DNA of 64,000 nucleotides from Gaiellales bacterium (GTDB lineage Bacteria; Actinomycetota; Thermoleophilia; Gaiellales; JAICJC01): NCBI GenBank assembly GCA_045806525.1, contig JBJMJD010000105.1, forward strand, positions 2,680 to 66,679, read 5' to 3'. The position numbers and the translations under genes are program-made. Positions 42,478 to 51,462 of the stretch are shown piece after piece. Numbering within the stretch: the stretch's first letter is position 1; every line of letters starts with the position of its first letter. The notes beneath the pieces are model-generated. The model saw only the letters and a program-made list of their open reading frames with translations, had not been told where the DNA came from and did no database searches.

Positions 42478-43364
42478 GTGTCGATGTGGTGTGCGCGGGA
42501 GCGCCGTTCCTGGACATCACGTTCAGCGGCATGGGTGCGATGCCGGCCCTGGGCGAGGAGCGCATGGCCGAGCGGGTTCAGTTCACGCCGGGCGGGCTTG
42601 CCAACGTGGCGCTGGGTCTGACCAGGTTGGATCTGGAAGCGGTCGTGATGTCGCCGGTGGGAGACGATCTGTGCGGCCGAATTCTCTCCGGCCTCCTGGC
42701 CGAGCAGGGGATCGGCTGGGTCGGCCCGCGTGCCGATGCGACAGCCGTCTCGGCCATTCTGCCGCTGGACGGCGACCGCGCCTTCGTCACGGTCGCACCT
42801 GACCTGCCGCGCGACGGCGAGGCGATCGCCGCGCTGGAGCCGCGAGCGGTCGTGATCGACCTGCCGGAGGTGGCCGTGGCGCCGGCCGGCTGCGCCGTCT
42901 ACGCGGTGGTGGGCGACTTCGACGCGCGCGCCCTGGCCGGACGGCTGCCGGCGGCGCTGGCCTCGGCCAGGACGCTCGTGGCGAACCACTCCGAGGCGTC
43001 GTTCCTGACCGGCCTCGGTGACCCCGAGCAGGCCGCCGAGGCGCTGACCCGGCACTGCCCAACGGTGGTTGTCACCCTGGCGGATGAGGGCGCCGTTTGC
43101 GCCGGTCAGCACGGGCTGCTGCGCGCGTCCGCGCCATCGGTGACGGCCGTGGATACGAATGGGGCCGGCGACCTTTTCACCGCGGCCTGGGTGTGGGCCG
43201 ATCTGGCCGGGCTGCCGGTCGGGGAGCGCCTGCGGCTGGCCGTCACCTACGCCGCGATGTCGGTACGCGTCCCCACCACGCTGGCCGGCGCCCTCACGAT
43301 CGACGAGTTCCGCGACATCGCGGGGCCCTTTGATGCAAGCATTCCACCGAACGGAGCGAGATGA
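42474..43364 (+). CDS. PfkB-family carbohydrate kinase (paralog B)
   Basis: GTG at 42474 (GTGA overlap). PFLDITFSGMGAMPALGEER, TPGGLANVA, PTVVVTLADEG and DTNGAGDL. Confidence 0.8.
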   Translation: MSVDVVCAGAPFLDITFSGMGAMPALGEERMAERVQFTPGGLANVALGLTRLDLEAVVMSPVGDDLCGRILSGLLAEQGIGWVGPRADATAVSAILPLDGDRAFVTVAPDLPRDGEAIAALEPRAVVIDLPEVAVAPAGCAVYAVVGDFDARALAGRLPAALASARTLVANHSEASFLTGLGDPEQAAEALTRHCPTVVVTLADEGAVCAGQHGLLRASAPSVTAVDTNGAGDLFTAAWVWADLAGLPVGERLRLAVTYAAMSVRVPTTLAGALTIDEFRDIAGPFDASIPPNGAR

Positions 43365-44722
43365 TGACCCACATGCGTCCACGCCTGTCTGTGTCGCTTG
43401 CCTGCCTGACGGCGGTGCTGGCTCTGTCCGCGTGCGGCACCCCGGGATCCAGCGGCGATTCCGTGTCGCAGCCCAGCGGTGCCGTGTCCACCGGCTTCGA
43501 CACGTCCAAGAAGGTGACGCTGACGATGTGGGACACGGAGAACGCGGCCGGCCCCTCGAAGGCCGAGGACGAGCTGATCCAGCAGTTCGAGCAGAAGTAC
43601 CCGAACGTGACCGTCAAGCGCGTCGTCAAGAACTTCGACGACTACATGGCCACGATCAAGCTGGCGGCCTCGTCCAGCGACGCCCCTGACGTCTTCCAGG
43701 GCAACGAGGGCGCGGTCGACCGGGCGCTGGTGAAGGCGCACCTGATCACCCCGCTGGACGGCTACGCCAAGGCCTACGGCTGGGACACCCGGTTCGGCAG
43801 CTCGGCCGCGCTGAACCCGCTGCGGTGGTCGTCCGACGGCAGCCAGTGGGGCGTGGGCCAGCTGTGGGGCATCGCCCAGAAGGCGGAGGTGGTGGGAGCC
43901 TTCTACAACAAGGCCACCCTGAGGCGGCTGGGTCTGCAGGTGCCGACCACGTTCGACCAGTTCCAGCAGAGCCTGGCCGTGGCCAAGTCCAGGGGCGTGC
44001 CGCCGATCATGGTCGGTAACCTCGACCGCTGGCCGATGGGGCACGTGTTCATGGTGCTGCAGGCGCGGTTCGACCAGGCCGCGTCGATCTCGAACTGGAC
44101 GTACGGCCACGCCGGCGCCACCTTCGACACCGCGGGCACCCGCAAGGCGGCCACGGTGCTGCAGCAGTGGAGCGACAAGGGCTACTTCGAGGACGGCTTC
44201 AACGGCGTCAGCCAGGAGAACGCAGCCGCCCGCTTCGGCAAGGGCGAGGGGCTCTACTTCATCACCGGCCCATGGGAGAACCAGACGTTCGCCGGGCCGC
44301 TCGGCGACGGCGTCGGCTTCTTCCCGCTGCCGTCCCTGGACGGGACGCCGGGAGCGCCCACCACCGGTGCGCTGTCGCTGCCGTTCCACATCAGCTCGCA
44401 CTCCCAAAACCAGGCCGTGGCGGCGGCATTCATCAACTTCATCACCGACCAGAACGCGGCCAAGATCGTGATCGGCAACGGCGACCTGCCGGCCGCGAAC
44501 CCGGGGGCGGCGGCGGTCGACCCGAAGTCGTCGCTGGCCGCGATATCGGCCGCCTGGAGCGAGAAGGCCAAGGCCGGCACGCTCACGCCCTACCTGGACT
44601 GGGCCACCCCCACGATGGGCGACACCCTGTTCGGCGGGCTGCAGCAGCTGAGCGAGAACCGCGAGACGCCGGCCGACTTCGCGGCGGCCGTCCAGCAGGA
44701 CTGGGTGAAGACACATTCGTGA
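43361..44722 (+). CDS. ABC sugar-binding lipoprotein (family 1)
   Basis: 453 aa. Lipobox LALSACGTPGSSG. ATGA overlap with the kinase gene. Confidence 0.9.
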   Translation: MMTHMRPRLSVSLACLTAVLALSACGTPGSSGDSVSQPSGAVSTGFDTSKKVTLTMWDTENAAGPSKAEDELIQQFEQKYPNVTVKRVVKNFDDYMATIKLAASSSDAPDVFQGNEGAVDRALVKAHLITPLDGYAKAYGWDTRFGSSAALNPLRWSSDGSQWGVGQLWGIAQKAEVVGAFYNKATLRRLGLQVPTTFDQFQQSLAVAKSRGVPPIMVGNLDRWPMGHVFMVLQARFDQAASISNWTYGHAGATFDTAGTRKAATVLQQWSDKGYFEDGFNGVSQENAAARFGKGEGLYFITGPWENQTFAGPLGDGVGFFPLPSLDGTPGAPTTGALSLPFHISSHSQNQAVAAAFINFITDQNAAKIVIGNGDLPAANPGAAAVDPKSSLAAISAAWSEKAKAGTLTPYLDWATPTMGDTLFGGLQQLSENRETPADFAAAVQQDWVKTHS

Positions 44723-44822
44723 GGCCGGCCTGCCGGGTGTCGAGGGGAACGGTCGGCGCTGGCGGCGCCGGCCGCGCCCCCAGCCCGCCCCCGGCGAGCC
44801 GCGGCTGATCGGCTACCTGTAC

Positions 44823-45653
44823 GTGCTGCCGGCGCTGGTGGTGTTCGGCGTGTTCGTCGTCGCGCCCATGATCGACGGCGCCTGGATCTCGCTGTTTGCC
44901 TGGGACGGCGTCACGGTCGGGCACTGGGTGGGCCTGTCCAACTACCGCGAGGCGCTGGTCGACCCGCTGGTGCGGGAGGCGTTTCGCCACTCGCTGGTGC
45001 TGGTGGGGTTCTACGCGGTGCTGCCGATCACGATCGGGCTGTTCCTGACGGCGCTGATGTCGCATGCCCGGGTGCGGGGCAGCGCCGCCGTTCGCACCAT
45101 CATCTTCCTGCCCCAGGTGCTGGCGGCGGTGGTGATCGGCGTTGCCTGGAAGTGGCTGTACGACCCGTCGGGGCCGATCAACTCGCTGCTCGGCGCGGTG
45201 GGGCTGAGCAGGCTCGAGCACTCGTGGCTGGGCGACTTCTCGACGGCGCTCCCGGCCGTCGGCGTGATCGGCACCTGGGTCACCACCGGCCTGTGCCTGG
45301 TGCTGTTCGTGGCCGGCGTGCAGCGGATCCCGCTGTCGCGCTACGAGGCGGCGCGGGTCGACGGCGCCGGCCCGGTGCGCGAGTTCTTCGCGGTCACGCT
45401 GCCGGGCCTGCGCAACGAGCTGGCGGTGGCGATGTCGCTGAGCGTGATCACCGCGCTGCGCGCCTTCGACATCATCTTCGTCACCACCAAGGGCGGCCCC
45501 GGCACCGCCACGACGGTGCCCTCGCTGCTGATCTACCAGCGGGCGTTCATCACCGGCGAGGTGGGATCCGCGGCCGCGATCGGGGCGATCATGGGTGCCA
45601 TCATCCTGCTGCTGTCGGTCGTGATCACCCGGGTGGTGGAGGAGCGGCGGTGA
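44823..45653 (+). CDS. carbohydrate ABC transporter permease (MalF-like); 5' end unresolved
   Basis: EAA loop YEAARVDGAGPVREFFAVTLPGL. The first canonical start (GTG 44823) falls inside TM1. The in-frame upstream region 44709-44822 encodes a typical basic N-terminus but has no ATG/GTG/TTG. Confidence 0.8.
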   Translation: MLPALVVFGVFVVAPMIDGAWISLFAWDGVTVGHWVGLSNYREALVDPLVREAFRHSLVLVGFYAVLPITIGLFLTALMSHARVRGSAAVRTIIFLPQVLAAVVIGVAWKWLYDPSGPINSLLGAVGLSRLEHSWLGDFSTALPAVGVIGTWVTTGLCLVLFVAGVQRIPLSRYEAARVDGAGPVREFFAVTLPGLRNELAVAMSLSVITALRAFDIIFVTTKGGPGTATTVPSLLIYQRAFITGEVGSAAAIGAIMGAIILLLSVVITRVVEERR

Positions 45654-46474
45654 ACACCGGCAGCTTCGAGCGCACCGCGACCCACGCGATGCTGGCCCTG
45701 TTCGCGGTGCTGGCGCTAGCACCGCTGGTGGTCGTGGTGCTGGCGGCGATGCATCCCTCGGGAGCGCTCCTGTCCGGCGCCGGGCTGCCCGACTCGCTCA
45801 GCCTGTCCACCTTCCGCACGGCGTGGGACGAGGGCGGCTTCAGCCGCCTGATGACGTCGAGCGCGATCGTGGCGGTGACGGTGGTGGCCCTGACGACGGT
45901 GCTCTCGATCCCGGCCGGGTATGCGTTCGGGACGATGCGCTTCCCGTTCGCGGATCTGCTGTTCTACGTGATCCTGACCGGCATCGTGGTGCCGTTCGAG
46001 TCGCTGATCGTGCCGCTCTACTACAGCTTCCGGAACGTCGGCCTGACCGACTCCTACTGGGGCCTGATCCTGCCCCAGACCGGCCTTTCGATCTCGTTCG
46101 GCGTGTTCTGGATGCGCGCGTTCTTCCGCTCGCTCCCGCCGGAGCTGTCGGACGCGGCGCGCGTGGACGGCGCCACCTCGTGGCGGATCCTGTGGCGGGT
46201 GCTGGTGCCGATCGGGCGTCCCGCCATCGTCACCATGGTGTTGCTGGTGTTCATGTGGACGTGGAACGAGTTCCTGCTGGCGCTGGTGATGATCTCCGAC
46301 CAGACGCACCGCACCGCGCCGCTGGGCCTGTCTGCATTCCAGAGCCGCTACGGCGTGGACGTGCCCGGCGTGTCGGCGGCCGCCGTGTTCGTGGCGGCAC
46401 CTGTCGTGATCCTGTACGTGCTGACGCAGCGCCAGTTCCTGCGCGGCATGCTGGCCGGATCGATCAAGGGCTGA
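45650..46474 (+). CDS. carbohydrate ABC transporter permease (MalG-like)
   Basis: GTG at 45650 (GTGA overlap). LSDAARVDGATSWRILWRVLVPIGRP. Confidence 0.9.
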   Translation: MNTGSFERTATHAMLALFAVLALAPLVVVVLAAMHPSGALLSGAGLPDSLSLSTFRTAWDEGGFSRLMTSSAIVAVTVVALTTVLSIPAGYAFGTMRFPFADLLFYVILTGIVVPFESLIVPLYYSFRNVGLTDSYWGLILPQTGLSISFGVFWMRAFFRSLPPELSDAARVDGATSWRILWRVLVPIGRPAIVTMVLLVFMWTWNEFLLALVMISDQTHRTAPLGLSAFQSRYGVDVPGVSAAAVFVAAPVVILYVLTQRQFLRGMLAGSIKG

Positions 46475-46475
46475 C

Positions 46476-47564
46476 GTGCCGGGCATCGCCTTCGACCAGG
46501 TCGTGAAGCGGTTCGGTGAGGTGACCGCCGTGCGCGAGCTGACCCTCGACGTGGCCGACGGCGAGTTCGTGGTGCTGGTCGGCCCGTCCGGGTGCGGCAA
46601 GACGACGGCGCTGAGGACGCTGGCCGGGTTGGAGGCGGTCAGCTCGGGCCGGATCCTGATCGGTGATCGCGAGGTGCAGCAGCTGCCGCCTCGCCAGCGC
46701 GACGTGGCGATGGTGTTCCAGGACTATGCGCTGTACCCGCAGATGAGCGTCTACCGCAACCTCGCGTTCGGGCTGCAGACCCGCAAGGTGCCGCGCGAGC
46801 AGGTGCGGCGACTGGTGACCGAGGCGGCGGAGAGGCTGGGCCTGAGCGAACTGCTCGACCGCAAGCCGCGGCAGCTGTCCGGCGGCCAGCGCCAGCGGGT
46901 GGCGCTGGGCCGGGCGCTGGTGCGAAAGCCGCAGGCGTTCCTGATGGACGAGCCGCTGTCCAACCTCGACGCCAAGCTGCGGGTGGACATGCGGGCCGAG
47001 ATCAAGGCGCTGCAGCGCGAGACCGAGGTGACGACGGTGTTCGTCACCCACGACCAGGTCGAGGCGATGACGATGGGAGACCGGATCGCCGTGATGCGTG
47101 ACGGCGTGCTCGAGCAGGTGGGGAGGCCTGAGGTGGTCTACAACCTGCCGGCCAACGTGTTCGTCGCCGGGTTCATCGGCAGCCCGGCGATGACGTTCGG
47201 GCGCGTCGGCGTGGAGCGCGCGGGCGGGGCGCTGCGGTTGAACCACCCGGCGCTTTGCCTGGAGTGCGCGCCGGTCGCCGAGGCGGGGGACGAGGCGGTC
47301 GTCGGCATCCGTCCCGAGCACATGCGCCCGTGGCAGGACGGTGCCGGTCTGGCCGGGCCGTTCCAGGGCACGATCGAGTCGGTCGAGGCGCTGGGCCGCG
47401 AGACGTTCCTGGGCGTGCGTGTGGCCGACGACCTGCGGCTGGTGGTGCGCGCCGACGGGGCTCCCGACCACCGGCTGGGTGACCGGTTCCAGTTCGGCGT
47501 CGAGCGCGGCCGGCTTCACCTGTTCGACACGGGCTCCCAGAGGGCGATCGCGCACGGCGTTTGA
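46476..47564 (+). CDS. ABC sugar transporter ATP-binding protein (MalK/MsiK-like)
   Basis: GPSGCGKTT, LSGGQRQRVALGRA and FLMDEPLSNLDA. Confidence 0.9.
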   Translation: MPGIAFDQVVKRFGEVTAVRELTLDVADGEFVVLVGPSGCGKTTALRTLAGLEAVSSGRILIGDREVQQLPPRQRDVAMVFQDYALYPQMSVYRNLAFGLQTRKVPREQVRRLVTEAAERLGLSELLDRKPRQLSGGQRQRVALGRALVRKPQAFLMDEPLSNLDAKLRVDMRAEIKALQRETEVTTVFVTHDQVEAMTMGDRIAVMRDGVLEQVGRPEVVYNLPANVFVAGFIGSPAMTFGRVGVERAGGALRLNHPALCLECAPVAEAGDEAVVGIRPEHMRPWQDGAGLAGPFQGTIESVEALGRETFLGVRVADDLRLVVRADGAPDHRLGDRFQFGVERGRLHLFDTGSQRAIAHGV

Positions 47565-47570
47565 CGGATT

Positions 47571-47603
47571 CTTATGAGCGTGTTGCGACACGCGCAAAAT
47601 AAG
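47571..47603 (+). terminator. stem-loop after the ABC ATPase gene (possible terminator or processing hairpin; no U-tract)
   Basis: Inner stem GCGTGT (47578-47583) / ACACGC (47588-47593) with loop TGCG. Outer stem CTTAT (47571-47575) / ATAAG (47599-47603). It starts 7 nt after the stop codon and ends 20 nt before the next start. Confidence 0.25.
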
Positions 47604-47622
47604 GTCTGTACTCTTCGCCGCT

Positions 47623-48162
47623 GTGAAACGAGCTCTGCTCACGATCGTGGCCGCGTCACTGCTGTCACCTCTCACTGCGCGCGCCGCCGCTACCGGCCCC
47701 GCCTTCCACCGTCACCATCCGGCTGCGGGCCGGCCGCGGACGCTGGGCGCGCGTGCGGCCAGGTTCTCGCTGCGCTTCCGCGGCACGCCGTACGTGTGGG
47801 CGGGCACGACGCCGCGCGGCTTCGACTGCTCGGGCTTCACGCGGTTCGTCTACGCCCACATGGGCATCGAGCTGCCGCACTCGAGCTACGCCCAGTGGGC
47901 GATGGGACGTCACGTCGGCCGCCACGCGCTGCGCCCCGGCGACCTGGTCTTCTTCGACGGGCTCGGCCACGTCGGCCTGTGGATCGGCCGCGGCCGGTTC
48001 ATCCACGCTCCCCAGACCGGCGACGTGGTGTCGGTGGCCAGCCTCAGCCACGGCTGGTACGCCGCGGCCTACAGCGGTGCCGTACGGCTGCGCGGCACCC
48101 AGCGCAGCCACCGGGCGCGGCGACACCAGCAGCACGCCGTGCACCTGGTCGCGCACGCCTGA
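47623..48162 (+). CDS. NlpC/P60 (C40) cell-wall peptidase, secreted
   Basis: Signal peptide VKRALLTIVAASLLSPLTARA. Catalytic Cys context PRGFDCSGFTRFVY, and HVGLWIG...FIHAP. Confidence 0.85.
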   Translation: MKRALLTIVAASLLSPLTARAAATGPAFHRHHPAAGRPRTLGARAARFSLRFRGTPYVWAGTTPRGFDCSGFTRFVYAHMGIELPHSSYAQWAMGRHVGRHALRPGDLVFFDGLGHVGLWIGRGRFIHAPQTGDVVSVASLSHGWYAAAYSGAVRLRGTQRSHRARRHQQHAVHLVAHA

Positions 48163-48190
48163 GCCGGCGCGCCCGGCATGATTCATTCCA

Positions 48191-48466
48191 GTGGCGAAGC
48201 TCGACCAGGCGCGATGGTGGACGATCCGGCCGGTGCGAAGCCGTAAGCCGGCCACGTATCGCTGTCCGCTCTGCGGGCTTCGGTTGCACGCGATGAGCGA
48301 TCACATGCTGATCGCCCCGGAGGGCGACGGCGACCGGCGCCGCCATGCCCATCGCGAGTGCGTGCTGGCCGCGCGTGAGGCCGGCCGGCTGCCGCTGGAG
48401 AGCGAGTGGCGGGCCACCCAGCCACGGCCGCCATCGCTCTGGCGACGACTGACGGGCGGGGCGTGA
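48191..48466 (+). CDS. small conserved zinc-ribbon-like protein (91 aa), function unknown
   Basis: CPLCG...H(x3)C putative metal site (YRCPLCGLRLHAMSDHMLIAPEGDGDRRRHAHRECV). I recall near-identical small proteins across actinobacteria, but this is unverified. Confidence 0.5.
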   Translation: MAKLDQARWWTIRPVRSRKPATYRCPLCGLRLHAMSDHMLIAPEGDGDRRRHAHRECVLAAREAGRLPLESEWRATQPRPPSLWRRLTGGA

Positions 48467-48486
48467 TCCTCTAGGGTGTCGCGCTG

Positions 48487-51462
48487 ATGCTGCGCCACCC
48501 CGGCTACACCCGCGAGCGCATCGCCCAGGTCGGGGACCGGATCCGCGCGGTGATCCACGCCGACGCCGTCGCCCCCGAGCGGCTGGCGGTGGCCGGGCCG
48601 GTCGACCGCATCGAGCCGGCCGAGGCCGAGCTGCTCGAGTACCGCGACTGCCGGCTCGGTGAGACGTTTGGGCCGCTCTGGGCGACCTTCTGGTTCAAGG
48701 TCGAGGCGACCGTGCCGGAGCCGTGGCAGGGGGAGCGCGTCGATCTGCTCTGGGTCAGCCACAGCGAGGCCACCTTGTGGGATGGCGGCCGGGCGCTCCA
48801 GGGCCTGAACACCAGCCCCGACGGCGCCCGCGTGGACGCCATGGTGCGCGAGACCGCGGCCGCGGGGGAGCGGCTCGACCTGCGCGTCGAGCTCGCATGT
48901 AACGGCCTCTTCGGTGAGCTGTCGCGGCCGTACGCCAGCCGCGAGCCGGTGGTGCTCGACCGCTGCCAGATCGCCCGTTTCGACGCGCGAGCCTGGCGGC
49001 TGCATCACGACTTCGACGTCCTGCGCCGGCTCGAGGCGGACCACGCTGAGGGGCTCGACCCGACCTGGGGAGGCGAGCTGCTGCACGAGCTGAACCGCGT
49101 CTGCAACGTCTGGTCGGAGCATGATCCGGCCACGTGGGACGAGGCCGAGGGGATCCTTGCGCCCCTGCTGGAGCGCCGTAACGCCACCGTCACGCACGAG
49201 CTGTCGGCGATCGGCCACGCGCACCTCGACACCGCCTGGCTATGGCCGCTGGCGGAGAGCTACCGCAAGGCGGTGCGCAGCTTCAGCTCGCAGGTCGCGT
49301 ACATGGACCGCTATCCCGAGTTCCGGTTTGCGTGCTCGCAGGCCCAGCACTACGACTGGATCCGGCGCCGTGACCCAGAGCTGTACGGACGCATCTGCGC
49401 TCGCGTCGACTCCGGCCAGTGGCTGCCGGTTGGCGGCACCTGGGTGGAGCCAGACTGCAACCTGCCGTCGGGCGAGTCGCTCGTGCGCCAGTTCCTGCAC
49501 GGCCAGCGCTACTTCGAGCGCGAGTTCGGCCGCCGCTGTGCCGAGTTCTGGAACCCGGATGTGTTCGGCTACAACGGCCAGCTGCCCCAGATCATGCGCG
49601 GCGCCGGGATCGGCCGGTTCCTCACCCAGAAACTGTCCTGGAACCGGTTCAACCCGCCCGCACACCACACGTTCACCTGGCAGGGCATCGACGGGTCGCA
49701 GGTGCTCGCGCACTTCCCGCCGGCCGACACCTACAACGCCACGGCCGAGGTGGCCGAGCTGCGCCGCAGCGCTCGCGACTACAAGGACCACGACCGGTCG
49801 CACCGCAGCCTGCTGGTGTTCGGCCACGGCGACGGCGGCGGTGGGCCGACGCCCGACATGCTGGAGACGCTGCGCCGGGCTCGCGACCTGCAGGGCCTTC
49901 CCCGCACCACCATCACCACCAGCGATGCGTTCTTCACCGCCCTGGAGGCCGACGCCCGCGACCTGCCGGCGATCGTGGGCGAGCTCTACTTCGAGTACCA
50001 CCGGGGCACCTACACATCGCAGGCCGCTGTCAAATTAGGCAACGCACGCGGCGAGCGGGCGCTGCACGATGCCGAGTTCCTGGCCGCGGCCGCCATGCGC
50101 GAGGCCGGTGCGGACTACCCCTCCGAGCGGCTGGACGAGCTCTGGAAGCTGCTGCTGTTGAACCAGTTCCACGACATCCTGCCTGGGTCCAGCATCGGCC
50201 TGGTCTATGAGGATGCCGCCCGCGACCACGCCGTCGTGCTGGCGGGCGCTGAGGCGCTGGCGGTTGGCGCGCTGGCGGCGATCGCCGGCGGCGGCCCGTC
50301 GGCGCCGGTGAACACGATGGGAGCGGCCCGCGCCGAGGTGGCGGAGCGGCCGGACGGTGAGCTGGCCTGGGTGGAGGCGCCCAGCTACGGCATCGGCAGC
50401 GCGGCGGAGGCCGGGCCAACCGTCGCACGTGCGACCGAGCGGGGCGACCTCGTGGTGCTCGAGAACGGCCTGCTGCGGGCTGAGCTCGCCCGCGACGGAC
50501 GCCTCGCCTCGCTGGTGCACCTGGCATCTGATCGCGAGGCGCTGGAGCAGCCGGGGAACGTCCTCCAGCTCTACGACGACCGGCCCACGGCCCACGAAGC
50601 CTGGGACGTCGACCCCTTCCACCTCGAGACGGTTCGGGACGCCGGACCGGCCGAGTCCTGCGCCGTCACCCAGCCTGGCGGTCTGCGGGCGCAGGTGGAG
50701 CTGCGATACCGGATCGGGTCGGCCAGCACGTTGCGCCAGCTGGTGCGCCTGGACGCCGGTGCCTCCCGGCTCGAGTTCCACTGCGAGGTCGACTGGCGGG
50801 AGCGCCGGACGATGCTGAAGGTGCTGTTCCCGGTCGCCGTGCACGGCCCCTCCGCCACCTACCAGATGCAGTTCGGCCATGCCGAGCGGCCCACCCACTT
50901 CTCCACCAGCCACGACCTGGCTCGCTACGAGGTGCCCGGGCACCGCTTCGCCGATCTATCCGAGCACGGCTTCGGCGTGGCGCTCCTGACCGACTGCAAG
51001 TACGGCTACTCGACGCTGGGCGGCGAGATGCGGATCAGCCTGCTGCGCTCGACCTCCGTGCCCGACCCCGACGCCGACGCGGGCAACCACGCGTTCGCCT
51101 ATGCGGTGCTGCCGCATCCGGGCGGCTGGCGGGAGGCGGGAGTGGTGGCCGAGGCGGCCCGGTTCGCGACCCCGCTGCGGTGGGCTTCGGTCGCCGGTGA
51201 GCCGCGGTCCTGGCTGTCGGTCGACGACCCCAACCTGGTGCTCGACACGGTCAAGCGGGCCGAGGACTCCGACGCCCTGCTGCTCCGGCTGTACGAGGCC
51301 CACGGCGCGCGGGGCAGGGCGCGCCTGCGCGTCGGCTGGCCGGTCACCGAAGCCGTGTCGTGCAACCTGCTCGAGGATGCCGGTGAGGCGCTGCCGCTGG
51401 ACGGCGGCGTGATCGAGCTCGGCTACCGCCCCCACCAGATCATCAGCCTGCTCGTCAGCTGA
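48487..51462 (+). CDS. glycoside hydrolase family 38 alpha-mannosidase
   Basis: 991 aa. IGHAHLDTAWLWP metal-binding motif, with size and domain order typical of cytosolic bacterial GH38 enzymes. Confidence 0.9.
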   Translation: MLRHPGYTRERIAQVGDRIRAVIHADAVAPERLAVAGPVDRIEPAEAELLEYRDCRLGETFGPLWATFWFKVEATVPEPWQGERVDLLWVSHSEATLWDGGRALQGLNTSPDGARVDAMVRETAAAGERLDLRVELACNGLFGELSRPYASREPVVLDRCQIARFDARAWRLHHDFDVLRRLEADHAEGLDPTWGGELLHELNRVCNVWSEHDPATWDEAEGILAPLLERRNATVTHELSAIGHAHLDTAWLWPLAESYRKAVRSFSSQVAYMDRYPEFRFACSQAQHYDWIRRRDPELYGRICARVDSGQWLPVGGTWVEPDCNLPSGESLVRQFLHGQRYFEREFGRRCAEFWNPDVFGYNGQLPQIMRGAGIGRFLTQKLSWNRFNPPAHHTFTWQGIDGSQVLAHFPPADTYNATAEVAELRRSARDYKDHDRSHRSLLVFGHGDGGGGPTPDMLETLRRARDLQGLPRTTITTSDAFFTALEADARDLPAIVGELYFEYHRGTYTSQAAVKLGNARGERALHDAEFLAAAAMREAGADYPSERLDELWKLLLLNQFHDILPGSSIGLVYEDAARDHAVVLAGAEALAVGALAAIAGGGPSAPVNTMGAARAEVAERPDGELAWVEAPSYGIGSAAEAGPTVARATERGDLVVLENGLLRAELARDGRLASLVHLASDREALEQPGNVLQLYDDRPTAHEAWDVDPFHLETVRDAGPAESCAVTQPGGLRAQVELRYRIGSASTLRQLVRLDAGASRLEFHCEVDWRERRTMLKVLFPVAVHGPSATYQMQFGHAERPTHFSTSHDLARYEVPGHRFADLSEHGFGVALLTDCKYGYSTLGGEMRISLLRSTSVPDPDADAGNHAFAYAVLPHPGGWREAGVVAEAARFATPLRWASVAGEPRSWLSVDDPNLVLDTVKRAEDSDALLLRLYEAHGARGRARLRVGWPVTEAVSCNLLEDAGEALPLDGGVIELGYRPHQIISLLVS

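Noticed and set aside
47565-47622. A possible cyclic-di-AMP (ydaO-type) riboswitch upstream of the cell-wall hydrolase gene.
   Set aside because: The spacer is only 58 bp, far shorter than that riboswitch class, and I saw none of its conserved features. Only a simple hairpin is present.
47574-48296. A 240-aa alternative-frame ORF overlapping the NlpC/P60 gene.
   Set aside because: The 47623 frame gives a signal peptide and the DCSGF/H catalytic motifs of C40 peptidases. The alternative frame is Arg/Pro-rich nonsense.
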